64,000 nucleotides of DNA, taken from an archaeon (GTDB lineage: Archaea > Nanobdellota > Nanobdellia > Woesearchaeales > GCA-2686295). The notes beneath the pieces were generated by a model. It ran no database searches. It saw only the letters and a program-made list of their open reading frames with translations, and had not been told where the DNA came from. Location: contig JBDRGV010000051.1 of NCBI GenBank assembly GCA_043817405.1, positions 1,960 through 65,959 on the forward strand, written 5' to 3'. The translations under genes and the position numbers were made by a program. Of the stretch, positions 16,103 to 25,449 are shown piece by piece; the stretch's first letter is position 1, and every line of letters begins with the position of its first letter.

Positions 16103-17053
16103 TTAAATCACAATTCTCTCGGCTTCTTTTGGATTGTAAACGTCAAATACAATCATTGCCAAGTTCTTACTGAAGTTATCGTTTCCAGGCGCCATGCAGA
16201 GTGTTTTGCCAATGTGATCTTTGAACTCTCCAGAAATATCAACTGTTTCATGGATGTGACCGTGTAAAGTTAAGTATGGTTGATGGTTTTCTATGAAAGA
16301 ACGTAGGGCTATACTTCCAACATGCTGCGTGTTAGGATTAAAGAATTTTCCATTTGGTTTCATGGCCATTGTTTCTATAATGGTTTCCTCTTCCAATCTT
16401 CTGGAAGGACTGGCATAAACATAATCAAGATAGGTGTTGTCAGGTGGCGTGTGAACAACGTATATTGTTTTCTCAGGATTAGTTGTGAATACTCTTTTTT
16501 CCAAGTCTTTCTGTATGGAACTTCTTTTTTCTGTTTTTTCAGAGAATGTGAATCTGCGCCAACCATTATTTGTGCTTTTAACACCATTCAATCTATAATT
16601 ACTATTTTTTCGTTGATCATATCTTTCTTCAAGGTTTTTTGGAACATTACTGAAATCATATTTCTCCCAATCTTTGATTCCAAAAGGAGATATGGGAACA
16701 TATGAATAACCAGCTATATCAAAATCATTGTTTAGTTTCAATCTCTTTCCATGAATCATTTCAAAAAGATCTTTTCGTTCTTCAAGAATTGGCAGGTTCA
16801 CTTTGCAATCATCGTTTCCCATGAGAAATAATTTTGTATTGGGAAGGTTTTTCTTTAAAGGAAGCAGTAATTCTGGTAAACGATTTCTTAAAAAATCAGC
16901 TTGACCTTCAATAAATTTATCTCTGGGAAAACGCTTGGGAGCTATGTCGCCTCCTATAATTACTAACTCTGCTTTATTGGAAATAGCATAGTCAACTAAT
17001 TTATTATATTGTAATTCATTCCCGTGAATATCAGAAGTGTAAATGGTTAACAT
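16103..17053 (-). CDS. Calcineurin-like metallophosphoesterase
   Basis: SDIHG, GGD, GNDD, HTPP and HGHIHE motifs. Confidence 0.88.
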   Translation of the reverse strand: MLTIYTSDIHGNELQYNKLVDYAISNKAELVIIGGDIAPKRFPRDKFIEGQADFLRNRLPELLLPLKKNLPNTKLFLMGNDDCKVNLPILEERKDLFEMIHGKRLKLNNDFDIAGYSYVPISPFGIKDWEKYDFSNVPKNLEERYDQRKNSNYRLNGVKSTNNGWRRFTFSEKTEKRSSIQKDLEKRVFTTNPEKTIYVVHTPPDNTYLDYVYASPSRRLEEETIIETMAMKPNGKFFNPNTQHVGSIALRSFIENHQPYLTLHGHIHETVDISGEFKDHIGKTLCMAPGNDNFSKNLAMIVFDVYNPKEAERIVI

Positions 17054-17089
17054 GATATAAGGGAATAAAAAAGATTATTTAAAAGTTGT

Positions 17090-17386
17090 TTAATTCACAA
17101 ACTTCATGGTTTGTTTGACTTTTAATTTATCTGCCACTACCATTATTCCTGCGACTATAAATGTGGTGACTGTTATGATTAATCCAAGTAGCAAATCTGA
17201 AACAATGTTATCACCTATCAAAAAAAGTTCTCCGTGCCACCAATGATCTACAACTCCAAATATTGCTCCTCCGAGTAATAATTGGTTTAACCATGAATGG
17301 TATTTGCTTGTATTCCAAGAAGGAATTTTCTTTCTTAAAAAATAATGTATTATTGCCGCGGTTGTTGGTACTGCATAACAAGTCAT
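17090..17386 (-). CDS. Small membrane protein
   Basis: MTCYAVP...GGAIFGVVDHWWHGELF with 3 hydrophobic segments. GGAGAT RBS. Confidence 0.7.
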   Translation of the reverse strand: MTCYAVPTTAAIIHYFLRKKIPSWNTSKYHSWLNQLLLGGAIFGVVDHWWHGELFLIGDNIVSDLLLGLIITVTTFIVAGIMVVADKLKVKQTMKFVN

Positions 17387-17476
17387 ATTATCATCTCCAT
17401 TAGTGTTTTGTAAATAAAATTTTTTCATAGTATTTAAAGATTTTGTTTCAAAAAACACAATATTTATATATAAGTA

Positions 17477-17492
17477 ATGAATATATATTCAT
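17477..17492. promoter_or_regulatory. Perfect 16-bp palindrome, putative operator of the DUF134 regulator
   Basis: ATGAATATATATTCAT lies between a TATA box (17463-17470) and the RBS of the DUF5320 gene. Confidence 0.6.
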
Positions 17493-17507
17493 AACTAGGT
17501 GATAAAC

Positions 17508-17669
17508 ATGCCAAATAAAGACGGAACAGGACCAGAAGGAAAAGGGCCAAAAACAGGTAGAGGAACGGGAAACTGCAAAGATGCAGAACCAGTTAAAAAA
17601 GGACCAGGACCTTGCGGTCAAGGATTAAAAAAAGGTCTAGGAAGAAGATTTGCAAATAGAGGTAACTAA
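17508..17669 (+). CDS. DUF5320-like Gly-rich small protein, not in ORF track
   Basis: MPNKDGTGPEGKGPKTGRGTGNC... with a GGTGA RBS. Confidence 0.8.
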   Translation: MPNKDGTGPEGKGPKTGRGTGNCKDAEPVKKGPGPCGQGLKKGLGRRFANRGN

Positions 17670-17670
17670 A

Positions 17671-17988
17671 ATGCCAGGATATAATAGAAAAGGACCAAAT
17701 GGAGACGGACCAAAAACAGGAAGAAGTAAAGGTTATTGCTCAAAGAAAACCCAATACAAAGTAGTTGAAGAAGAAACAATAGGTAGAGGTAGAGGAGGAG
17801 AAGGATTAAGGTTTAACAGAAGCGAAAGACCAAGAAACTATTTCAATCGACAACGACAAAATGAAACAAGTAATGAAGATATTCCACAAGGAGAACTAGA
17901 AAATAGAATTGATGGACAAGGTTTAGGGCCATGTGGTCAAGGATTAAAACAACATTTAAGAAGAAGATTTGATTATAAAAACAAGTAA
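17671..17988 (+). CDS. Second DUF5320-like protein
   Basis: MPGYNRKGPNGDGPKTGRSKGYC. Shares GPCGQGLK..L.RRF with the preceding gene. Confidence 0.75.
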   Translation: MPGYNRKGPNGDGPKTGRSKGYCSKKTQYKVVEEETIGRGRGGEGLRFNRSERPRNYFNRQRQNETSNEDIPQGELENRIDGQGLGPCGQGLKQHLRRRFDYKNK

Positions 17989-18011
17989 TAAAATAATTGA
18001 GAAATTTTAGA

Positions 18012-18317
18012 ATGCCAAGACCATGCAAAAGAAGGAGAGTTAGAGGACAACCGAGCTCTTCTTACTTCAAGCCAGCCGGAATAAGGAAAATTGATTTAGA
18101 AGAATTAACATTATTGGTTGATGAATTCGAAGCCATAAGATTAAAAGACTTCGAAGGAATGGATCAAGAAAAAGCTGCAAAACAAATGGGTATCTCGCAG
18201 CCAACATTTCACAGATTAATTTTATCTGCCAGAAAAAAAATAGCAGATGCAATTGTTAATGGAAAAGCTATAAAAATAGAAGGCGGTAACTATAAACTAG
18301 AAAACAATGAACGATAA
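18012..18317 (+). CDS. DUF134 family HTH DNA-binding protein
   Basis: MPRP.K.RRV, FKPAG and EFEAIRLKD.EG.DQ..AA..MGISQPTF.R.I.SARKKIADA. Confidence 0.9.
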   Translation: MPRPCKRRRVRGQPSSSYFKPAGIRKIDLEELTLLVDEFEAIRLKDFEGMDQEKAAKQMGISQPTFHRLILSARKKIADAIVNGKAIKIEGGNYKLENNER

Positions 18318-19134
18318 GTACAAAAAACTAATAATCCTTGGAATTACAGCAATAATAGTTATTCTTTCATACATTTTCCTACGAAAAGTTGACCCTTTTT
18401 TATTAACAGAATTTGGAAACAATTTACCACTTCCTTTATTTACTATTATAATTGCAGTAGTTGATGGATTTAATCCGTGCAATCTGTTCATTCTTACAAT
18501 GCTTCTAAGTTTGATATTAACTGAGTCTCAATCAAGAAAAAGAACCTTTGCAGTTGGTTATAGTTTCATAATGGTTGTTTACATATTCTACTTTTTGTTC
18601 ATGGCTGCATGGCTAAATGTGTTCAAATATGTGGGCTTCATAACACCGCTAAGAATCACAATTGCTTTATTAGCAATAATAGCAGGGCTGATAAACGTCA
18701 AAGAACTGTTCTTTTACAGACAAGGTATAACTTTAATGGTTCAAGATAAATTTGTAGGACCTTTAAAAGAAAGAATACAAAAAGTCGCTGAAATAATAAA
18801 AAAAGGATCAATACCAACACTTATCGGTGCATCAGTCATTCTTGCAATATTCTCTTCACTCGTTGAACTACCATGTACTGCAGGCTTTCCAATAATATAC
18901 ACAGGAATATTAACAGGACATTCAATAACAGGATTGGGTCATTATCTGTATCTTGCCTTGTACAATCTATTCTATGTAACTCCATTACTAGTCATAGTAA
19001 CTGTCTTTGGACTTACATTCAAAGGTAAGCAAATAAAGAAAGAAACCATGGCTTTGATAAAATTCATAGGTGGAACAATCATGCTACTTCTAGGAATAGT
19101 TCTTCTATTTAACCCAGGAATAATTGGTGTATAG
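18307..19134 (+). CDS. DsbD/CcdA-like transmembrane thiol-transfer protein
   Basis: DGFNPC and VELPCTAG cysteine motifs within transmembrane helices. Confidence 0.8.
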   Translation: MNDKYKKLIILGITAIIVILSYIFLRKVDPFLLTEFGNNLPLPLFTIIIAVVDGFNPCNLFILTMLLSLILTESQSRKRTFAVGYSFIMVVYIFYFLFMAAWLNVFKYVGFITPLRITIALLAIIAGLINVKELFFYRQGITLMVQDKFVGPLKERIQKVAEIIKKGSIPTLIGASVILAIFSSLVELPCTAGFPIIYTGILTGHSITGLGHYLYLALYNLFYVTPLLVIVTVFGLTFKGKQIKKETMALIKFIGGTIMLLLGIVLLFNPGIIGV

Positions 19135-19159
19135 AAAAAAATAAAAAAAATTAAATTAT

Positions 19160-19702
19160 TTATTCTTCAACTACAGGTTCTTCAAAGTTTTCTTTGTACA
19201 TAAATCTGTACCATGGTTTCTTCTCAACCATGTTTCCTTCACCATCCATTTCGAATTTCTGAGTGGCTGTTCCTTTGATAAAGCCTAAGAATTTTACAGG
19301 TTCTTTTGCTTTTAGTTTTACAGCTCCTGTTTCTTCATTAACATCTACGATTTCAAGACCTTCCATTTTAGCTAATCTTTCTTGGTACATTTCTTGGAAT
19401 CGATCAATGTTTTGCTGCAGTCTCTGCTGTGCATTTTCGTTTTCAACGTTTCCTAGAGCGTTTTCCAAACCAGTTTGAAGTTTTTCTTGGTTTTGCACTT
19501 TTAATTGCTCACCAGTACCATCTTGAAGCTGAGTTTGCTCTTGTTCTTGTTCCATTATAAGCATTGGTTCTCCTTCTCCAACGCCTTCTCCAGCACCTTC
19601 AGGAGCGCCTTCACCAGCACCAGTTACTTCAGGTTGACCTTGCGCTATAACAAATGAACTGACTAAAAATAACGCAACCAACATAATTAATATTTTTCTC
19701 AT
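19160..19702 (-). CDS. Secreted hypothetical protein
   Basis: Signal peptide, Gly/Glu-rich linker and a C-terminal KFLGFI...KKPWY motif. Confidence 0.7.
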   Translation of the reverse strand: MRKILIMLVALFLVSSFVIAQGQPEVTGAGEGAPEGAGEGVGEGEPMLIMEQEQEQTQLQDGTGEQLKVQNQEKLQTGLENALGNVENENAQQRLQQNIDRFQEMYQERLAKMEGLEIVDVNEETGAVKLKAKEPVKFLGFIKGTATQKFEMDGEGNMVEKKPWYRFMYKENFEEPVVEE

Positions 19703-19804
19703 ATTATCACCCATACTTAACATCGTTAAGCACAGTATATAAAGCTTGTGAAAAAGTTCATTTTCTTAGAAAAATTTTTATAGATTATGTGAGTAGAAGG
19801 TTAT

Positions 19805-20686
19805 ATGAGAGAGGTGACACATTTCTACTTAGCAGTTATAGGATTCATTATTTTGATTGCAAGTTCTGTTTCTTCAATATTCTTTCACAATCCACAATTC
19901 TATGTGTTCTTCTGCTTATCATCTGTTCTGGTTCTGGACTATTTGGATTTCAGAATTAGAAAAAAGTCACTAATAAGTTTTTTCATGAAAAAAACACATC
20001 ATTCAGCTGTAATGTTCTTCATAATAGCATCAATAGTCTTCGCAGTGGTTGTTGATTTATTATATGGAGTTGTGCTGTTTAAAATTTGGAGTTGGCCAAG
20101 CTACACAACAATTAATTGGGTCATACTATACACTCTCATAAATTTTTTCTTCATAATCCTAGTCTATGAAACCTATATGATAACTCAACATTTTCTATCA
20201 AAGAACTTCATCCAAAAACATTATAGAAAAATATCTATTTCAAAAAACAACCATTTCAAAGCAACAATTGTATCGCTTAGCCTAATATTTCTATTTTTAC
20301 CACTAGCTTATTTCTTCTTATTCGGAGAAAAACTTGGTGGATTTGTAATGATTCTCCCATTCATAGGGCTATGGTTAATATGTGATTCAATATTATATCT
20401 TCATGGACAAACACCAATAGTGCAAAAGATAATGACCGGTGATGGAAGGACCATTGCAGGAATATTAATAACCACTACTTTTCTGGTTTTAACCCATGAA
20501 TTTGTCAATTCATTCTCATCCGAATGGGTTTATTTAAACATCCCGTTCATGAATCTTCAGATTGGAAGCGTTCCAGTAATGGTAATAGTAGGTTGGATTC
20601 CTCTAGTGTTATTTTGTATTTCATTCTTAGACTTGACAAAAATATTAGAAAAAGAAGTGTTTGATAAAAAGCGAATTAAAGAATAA
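19805..20686 (+). CDS. Hypothetical multi-pass membrane protein
   Basis: About 8 hydrophobic segments in an internally duplicated pattern ending W.Y/WP.Y. Confidence 0.7.
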   Translation: MREVTHFYLAVIGFIILIASSVSSIFFHNPQFYVFFCLSSVLVLDYLDFRIRKKSLISFFMKKTHHSAVMFFIIASIVFAVVVDLLYGVVLFKIWSWPSYTTINWVILYTLINFFFIILVYETYMITQHFLSKNFIQKHYRKISISKNNHFKATIVSLSLIFLFLPLAYFFLFGEKLGGFVMILPFIGLWLICDSILYLHGQTPIVQKIMTGDGRTIAGILITTTFLVLTHEFVNSFSSEWVYLNIPFMNLQIGSVPVMVIVGWIPLVLFCISFLDLTKILEKEVFDKKRIKE

Positions 20687-20689
20687 AAA

Positions 20690-21685
20690 TCACAAGCGAA
20701 GATTCATTAATTCTTTAACAGCTTTATTCACATCATCATTATTTACTTCTTTATGGTATTTAATATCTTGATTAGCATGATTGTATTTATCGTCGTAGTA
20801 GTTCAGAAGTAAGTATTCTGCAATGTACAGATAATCTTTCTTATCTACTTTCTCAGTTAGTTCTTCCACCACCTTACTACTTAGTTGAACTTTTAAGCTT
20901 GAGATTATCTCCTTGATTTTTTTATCTTCTCCATGTGTGAAGTAATCCCTGACTATTCTTTTAGCTCTGTTTTTAATTGAACAGGTTATTAGGATTGTTT
21001 TTGATTCTTGCATTGCTTTGAATAGTTTGTTTGGAACGTAGATATTACCTATCTTTTTTGCTTCGCCTTCGATAAAGACAGTTTTTTCTTTCTTTAGTTT
21101 ATTTAGTTGTTCCCAAAGTCTGCTCTCAAACATTTTTTGAGTTGTTGGTTTAAGTCCAATTGCTCCAAAGACTGAACTTCGATGTTTGGCTAAACCTTCT
21201 AGGTCTATGGATGGTTTTAGTTTTTTTATTAAATCTGTTTTACCACAGCCAGCAAGACCTTGTAAAACGATGAGTTTGAATGGAGGACTTTGCTCTAGTT
21301 GATTTCTTATGTAAGCTCTAAAAGATTTGTAACCGCCTTTTAATTGGAAAACTTCATAGCCCAAAGACTCTATAAGTTCAGTTATTGTTTTAGATCTAAT
21401 TCCGCCTCGCCAGCAATAAACAATGATTGTTTTCTTTTTGTTAATTTCTTTGTATTCATTTATGAAATCATTAACTTTGGACTTATAGATTGCAAAGCCT
21501 TTATCGAAAGCTTGCTCCTTGTTTTTTTTATAAAGAATCCCTATTTCCTTTCTTTCTTCATTTGTAAATATTGGAGAGTTAATTGATTCTGGAATATTAT
21601 CTTCTTCAAACTCCTTAGGGGAGCGAGTATCTATGAAAACAGGGTTGAGTTTTATTGCTTTTTCTATTGAAATAACTTTAACCAT
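20690..21685 (-). CDS. mnmH: tRNA 2-selenouridine(34) synthase (rhodanese + P-loop, full length)
   Basis: IDTRSPKEF, YCWRGGIRS, L.GGYK..R, GLAGCGKT, DLEGLA.HRSS.FG, EGE..KIG and YYD..Y motifs. Confidence 0.92.
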   Translation of the reverse strand: MVKVISIEKAIKLNPVFIDTRSPKEFEEDNIPESINSPIFTNEERKEIGILYKKNKEQAFDKGFAIYKSKVNDFINEYKEINKKKTIIVYCWRGGIRSKTITELIESLGYEVFQLKGGYKSFRAYIRNQLEQSPPFKLIVLQGLAGCGKTDLIKKLKPSIDLEGLAKHRSSVFGAIGLKPTTQKMFESRLWEQLNKLKKEKTVFIEGEAKKIGNIYVPNKLFKAMQESKTILITCSIKNRAKRIVRDYFTHGEDKKIKEIISSLKVQLSSKVVEELTEKVDKKDYLYIAEYLLLNYYDDKYNHANQDIKYHKEVNNDDVNKAVKELMNLRL

Positions 21686-21768
21686 AAGAAAAGAAAAGAA
21701 TAAAGGGTTTATTAATGTTGGGGGATAAACATTTAAATAATCAACCCAATTATCTATAATGAATTAAT

Positions 21769-22242
21769 ATGAGTGAATTCCTATATGACATTCTATTAGA
21801 AGCAAATTATCTAGATGCAAGTCACGAATCTAAAGAGAAAAACAATAAGCGATTGTTCTCAGCACAACTCTACGATGTGGCATTTGCAACTCCACTTGTT
21901 GAAGGAGGAATCATTACAATATATATACCTGAGGATGTTGAAGCACTATACAGACACGATTTTAAGAAAATACGTACTTCTCCAAAACATAACACCCATC
22001 TTGGTAATGTTATCACGTTGTGGCAATACGGCATAGTTGATACTGAGCAAACTCCAACTACAACCGCCTATGTGAAAAAAGATTTTTCAATGAATAATGC
22101 TGAAGACTTAGCCATGGCAGAACTTAAAGACGTGATAAACCTAATAAAATTCAACAATGAATATCACAAAGTAGACTTGACCATAATTGAAAGCCAACAT
22201 TTCAAAGACTGGAAACAAGAACATAACTGGAATGATTTCTAA
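21769..22242 (+). CDS. Hypothetical protein
   Basis: 157-aa ORF with an upstream TATA. Confidence 0.6.
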   Translation: MSEFLYDILLEANYLDASHESKEKNNKRLFSAQLYDVAFATPLVEGGIITIYIPEDVEALYRHDFKKIRTSPKHNTHLGNVITLWQYGIVDTEQTPTTTAYVKKDFSMNNAEDLAMAELKDVINLIKFNNEYHKVDLTIIESQHFKDWKQEHNWNDF

Positions 22243-22294
22243 TTGAATTGAAGCCATAAAAGCATTTATATATCATTTAGTATATATAGATTGT

Positions 22295-22999
22295 ATGGAA
22301 AAGAAATTTAAGATTATTATTTCAATTGTTTTGTTATTAGTAATATTGACAGTACTTGTTCTAGTAAGTATAAAAGACAATTACACAACAGGACCTATGC
22401 TTCCAAGGATAGATAATGAAACCATGTCTGAAATGTATTTGAATGAAGCTAGAAATGACGTGGCTGAATCAGAACAATTGCTTGTAGAAGCAAAAGAAGC
22501 TGTAAGCGATTATAAATTCTTTGACAGATTCTTTATAAAACGAACCATTAGAAAAATGGAACGAAAAATTAATGAGGCAAAAGAAGACTTAGCAAGACTC
22601 GAAGAAGCTCATTTAAATCAAGATTATTTTGCAGTTGCTAGCGCATGGTATAGTGTTTCTGGCAAAACAAGTTATGCAAACCATTACCTGAACGGCGTTC
22701 TTGAAGGAAAAACAAAGAAAGATTGGAATAAAGTAGACTCATACTCTCCTGATACAATAGAAGGAGTATTTGTCAAAGACTTAGGACATCCTTTCTCAGG
22801 CTCTGCAATTATGACAGATGATGGTTATTATAGAATAAGCGGAGATTTAGTTGAAGAAATACTTGCTTTGGAAGATGGAACAAAAATCGGAATTGTAGGG
22901 ACAATCTCTGAAAGCAAAAGAACCATTCCGGAAGCAGGAGACTTTGTTACAATCACAGAAAAAGTGATTGATGTTGAGTCCTATGAAGTTATAGAATGA
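22295..22999 (+). CDS. Membrane-anchored hypothetical protein
   Basis: N-terminal TM helix, a helical region and a beta-rich C-terminus. Confidence 0.7.
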   Translation: MEKKFKIIISIVLLLVILTVLVLVSIKDNYTTGPMLPRIDNETMSEMYLNEARNDVAESEQLLVEAKEAVSDYKFFDRFFIKRTIRKMERKINEAKEDLARLEEAHLNQDYFAVASAWYSVSGKTSYANHYLNGVLEGKTKKDWNKVDSYSPDTIEGVFVKDLGHPFSGSAIMTDDGYYRISGDLVEEILALEDGTKIGIVGTISESKRTIPEAGDFVTITEKVIDVESYEVIE

Positions 23000-23394
23000 A
23001 AAAACAATTTACAAAAAAAGATTCACTTATCATCTTAATAGGTTTCATAGGTATTATTCTATTTGGAATCGGTTTAGGGCTCCTTTATTCATCTTTGCCA
23101 GCCCATCATCCAGAGAAAAGTAAACAAGCCTGCGAAAGCGTTGGTGGAGAATGGACTGATGAACAAATTTGTCTTTTATCCTATAAACAAGCAGGCGAAG
23201 TATGCACTGATGGAGGACAATGTATTAGTGGAGTTTGTTTCCCACCAGAATTAACTGAAGAACAAAAAGTGATTCTTGCTAAAGAGCCTTTGAAAAACAT
23301 TGTTGGCACATGTTATCCTGAGGATCTAGTAACCGGTTGTGTTGAACAAGTAATTCTAGGCACAGTATCAAAAGAATCAATGTGTATGGATTAA
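22996..23394 (+). CDS. Membrane-anchored Cys-rich protein
   Basis: N-terminal TM, ACESVGGEW and CTDGGQCISGVC. ATGA-coupled to the previous gene. Confidence 0.7.
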   Translation: MKKQFTKKDSLIILIGFIGIILFGIGLGLLYSSLPAHHPEKSKQACESVGGEWTDEQICLLSYKQAGEVCTDGGQCISGVCFPPELTEEQKVILAKEPLKNIVGTCYPEDLVTGCVEQVILGTVSKESMCMD

Positions 23395-23398
23395 TGGT

Positions 23399-23848
23399 TT
23401 AAGCCACGTTGATTTGAACCTTTTTAGTCATATCAAAACCTTTAACATCTAGTCTTGCCACTAAATACCAATTAGTTCTTATTTTTGTTCCTAAAAGCAT
23501 TTGTGCTGTTTTCATAACCGTTCCTAGTGCACCTTCGGGTGGTTGTTGACTTTCAACATTGGCAGGAATGGTTATTTTAAATTGATAAACTAAAGGTTGG
23601 CTTCCAGGCAGATATTCTTTTTCTCGGTCCAATGGTTGTTTAAAATCAAATATCTTCACAGTTCTATAGGATTTATTTGTGCCGTATCCTTGAGATATTT
23701 TTTGCTCTCCAAATAATCTTATGGACAACTCTTTTCCTTGAAGAGGTTTTTTTAGTTTTAATGAAACCGTTCCCTCAATGGTTTGACCTGGTGCATAATT
23801 ATAATTATTCAACTGAATCTCAATTTTTCCTTTACCGAATCCAAACAT
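23399..23848 (-). CDS. Arrestin-N/SpoOM-like beta-sandwich protein
   Basis: Y.PG.TIEG.V.L, Y.F.ITIP and W.L.ARLDV motifs. Confidence 0.65.
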   Translation of the reverse strand: MFGFGKGKIEIQLNNYNYAPGQTIEGTVSLKLKKPLQGKELSIRLFGEQKISQGYGTNKSYRTVKIFDFKQPLDREKEYLPGSQPLVYQFKITIPANVESQQPPEGALGTVMKTAQMLLGTKIRTNWYLVARLDVKGFDMTKKVQINVA

Positions 23849-23958
23849 GTTTATCACCTACTATAAAAATATAAAGACCTATATAAAATGTTTTTGGTTC
23901 GTAAATGTTTCGGTTTTTCTTAGAAACAACATATAAACCTTTATTTCTATGTTAATTT

Positions 23959-24357
23959 ATGAAAGTTTACTTTGACACTAATATTTATCTTGACTTCTTT
24001 GAAGATAGAAACGATGGTTTAAGACCTTTGGGAGAGTATGCTTTTAATTGTTTTAAAAGAGGAATTGAGTGTGAGTTTTACATTGTTTTTTCAGAGCATG
24101 TTCTGGATGAATTAATTGACTTTGGAATTAGCAATGAAGATTTAGATGAACTTTTCGACTGGATTGGAATAAAACTATTAATGGTTGATAAGTGTAAAAA
24201 TGATTATAGAGAGGTTAAAAACATTATGAGAAAACACAACATTCATTATAAAGATGCTTTGCATCATGTAATCGCTCAAAGAACCTCTGATAGATTATTA
24301 ACAAATGACAATGAACTAAAACTACTTCCTGATTCTACAGGTTACGAAACTTTTTAA
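23959..24357 (+). CDS. vapC: PIN-domain ribonuclease (VapC-like)
   Basis: YFDTNIYLD, S..VLDE, DALH and LLTND motifs. Confidence 0.85.
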   Translation: MKVYFDTNIYLDFFEDRNDGLRPLGEYAFNCFKRGIECEFYIVFSEHVLDELIDFGISNEDLDELFDWIGIKLLMVDKCKNDYREVKNIMRKHNIHYKDALHHVIAQRTSDRLLTNDNELKLLPDSTGYETF

Positions 24358-24634
24358 TATTATGTTTTTCGAAAGAATTAATACCTTTCTTTTTTTCTTC
24401 CCAATGTTCATAGGCTAATTTATCCAACTCATCTTTTGAAAGTCTTTTGATATTTTTAACACTGCCTCTGAGTTTTGCAAGTCCTCTTATGGCTCTTTCT
24501 TTTTCTAGTTCAATCAGTTTTGCTCTGATGGCATCTCTTATGAACTCTGTTCTTGTTGAGTATCGATTTATGGTTAATGAAGAGTCAATATCTTTTAGTA
24601 ATTGATCTTCCATCTTCAGGCTAATGATATTCAT
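24335..24634 (-). CDS. Ribbon-helix-helix (CopG/MetJ-like) antitoxin/regulator
   Basis: ISLKM...LLKDID......YSTRTEFIRDAIR motif. Confidence 0.85.
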   Translation of the reverse strand: MNIISLKMEDQLLKDIDSSLTINRYSTRTEFIRDAIRAKLIELEKERAIRGLAKLRGSVKNIKRLSKDELDKLAYEHWEEKKKGINSFEKHNIKKFRNL

Positions 24635-24743
24635 GGTAATACTTAGTATATACGCTTGTTTATAAATTTTACTTAAAGAAAATCGAAAATCCTCCGACTT
24701 TTCTTAGAAACAACATATAAACAATTAGTTCTATTGTTAAGCT

Positions 24744-25067
24744 ATGATTTCGAAAGATTTAAATAAAATAACATATTCTAATGACATACGTTTTGAGGAT
24801 TTGTTATTCGTACGATTTCAAGGGTTTAGAGTTTCGGTGACAAAGTCTGCGTTGAATGACATGCTTAAAAACAACCTAGACTTAACCGACATAAAACAAG
24901 TGCTTGAAAAAGGCAGAACAAGTCCAAGAAAAAGAAAAAAGAACACCATTGAAAAATGGTTGGATAAAAAAGGAAAAATAATAGAAGTCGTAGTTGCAAT
25001 GGATTATAATGAAACATTAAGAAAAAAAGAATGGGTGTTAATACACTGCGGAGTGTTTTCAAAATGA
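24744..25067 (+). CDS. DUF4258/RelE-like putative toxin
   Basis: T.SA..DM....L...DI..VL..G...W.LIH pattern. ATGA-coupled to a Zn-finger gene. Confidence 0.6.
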   Translation: MISKDLNKITYSNDIRFEDLLFVRFQGFRVSVTKSALNDMLKNNLDLTDIKQVLEKGRTSPRKRKKNTIEKWLDKKGKIIEVVVAMDYNETLRKKEWVLIHCGVFSK

Positions 25068-25366
25068 AATGTCATAAATGTAATATAAAGATGGAATATA
25101 AGAATGGTTTGGAATTCAACCAAGGAATGCTTGATGGATGGAAATGTAAAAAATGTGGCGAAATATACTATGATTCAGACCAGGCACAAAGAATATTACT
25201 TATGAACAAATTAAAAAATCAAGGATTTGAAATAAGCTTGAACAGAGTCAAAAGCAATTTAATACTGAGAATTCCGAAAGCAGTGAGCGAAGCAATAGGA
25301 CTCGATGAAAAAAAGAAAGTAAACTTAACTCTAGTAAGTAAGAATGAAATAAGAATAAGAGCCTAA
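25064..25366 (+). CDS. YgiT/MqsA-type zinc finger fused to AbrB-like domain (putative antitoxin)
   Basis: MKCHKC...WKCKKCGE, and a C-terminal NLILRIPKAVSEAIGL....V. Confidence 0.75.
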   Translation: MKCHKCNIKMEYKNGLEFNQGMLDGWKCKKCGEIYYDSDQAQRILLMNKLKNQGFEISLNRVKSNLILRIPKAVSEAIGLDEKKKVNLTLVSKNEIRIRA

Positions 25367-25449
25367 AGATTATTTACAAAAGAAAAGTTTTCAGATAATA
25401 AATGGAAACTTTAGAAATATTTAAATAAATCATTCTCCAATAGAAGCTT

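Larger units (their letters stand above)
23915..24722 (+). repeat. Identical 24-bp direct repeats (23915-23938 and 24699-24722) bracketing the PIN/RHH pair
   Basis: TTTTCTTAGAAACAACATATAAAC at both sites, each followed by a similar leader ending in ATG. Confidence 0.8.

Noticed and set aside
20690..21685. Selenoprotein (UGA read-through) genes near mnmH
   Set aside because: No gene appeared to be interrupted by an in-frame TGA at a conserved Cys position.
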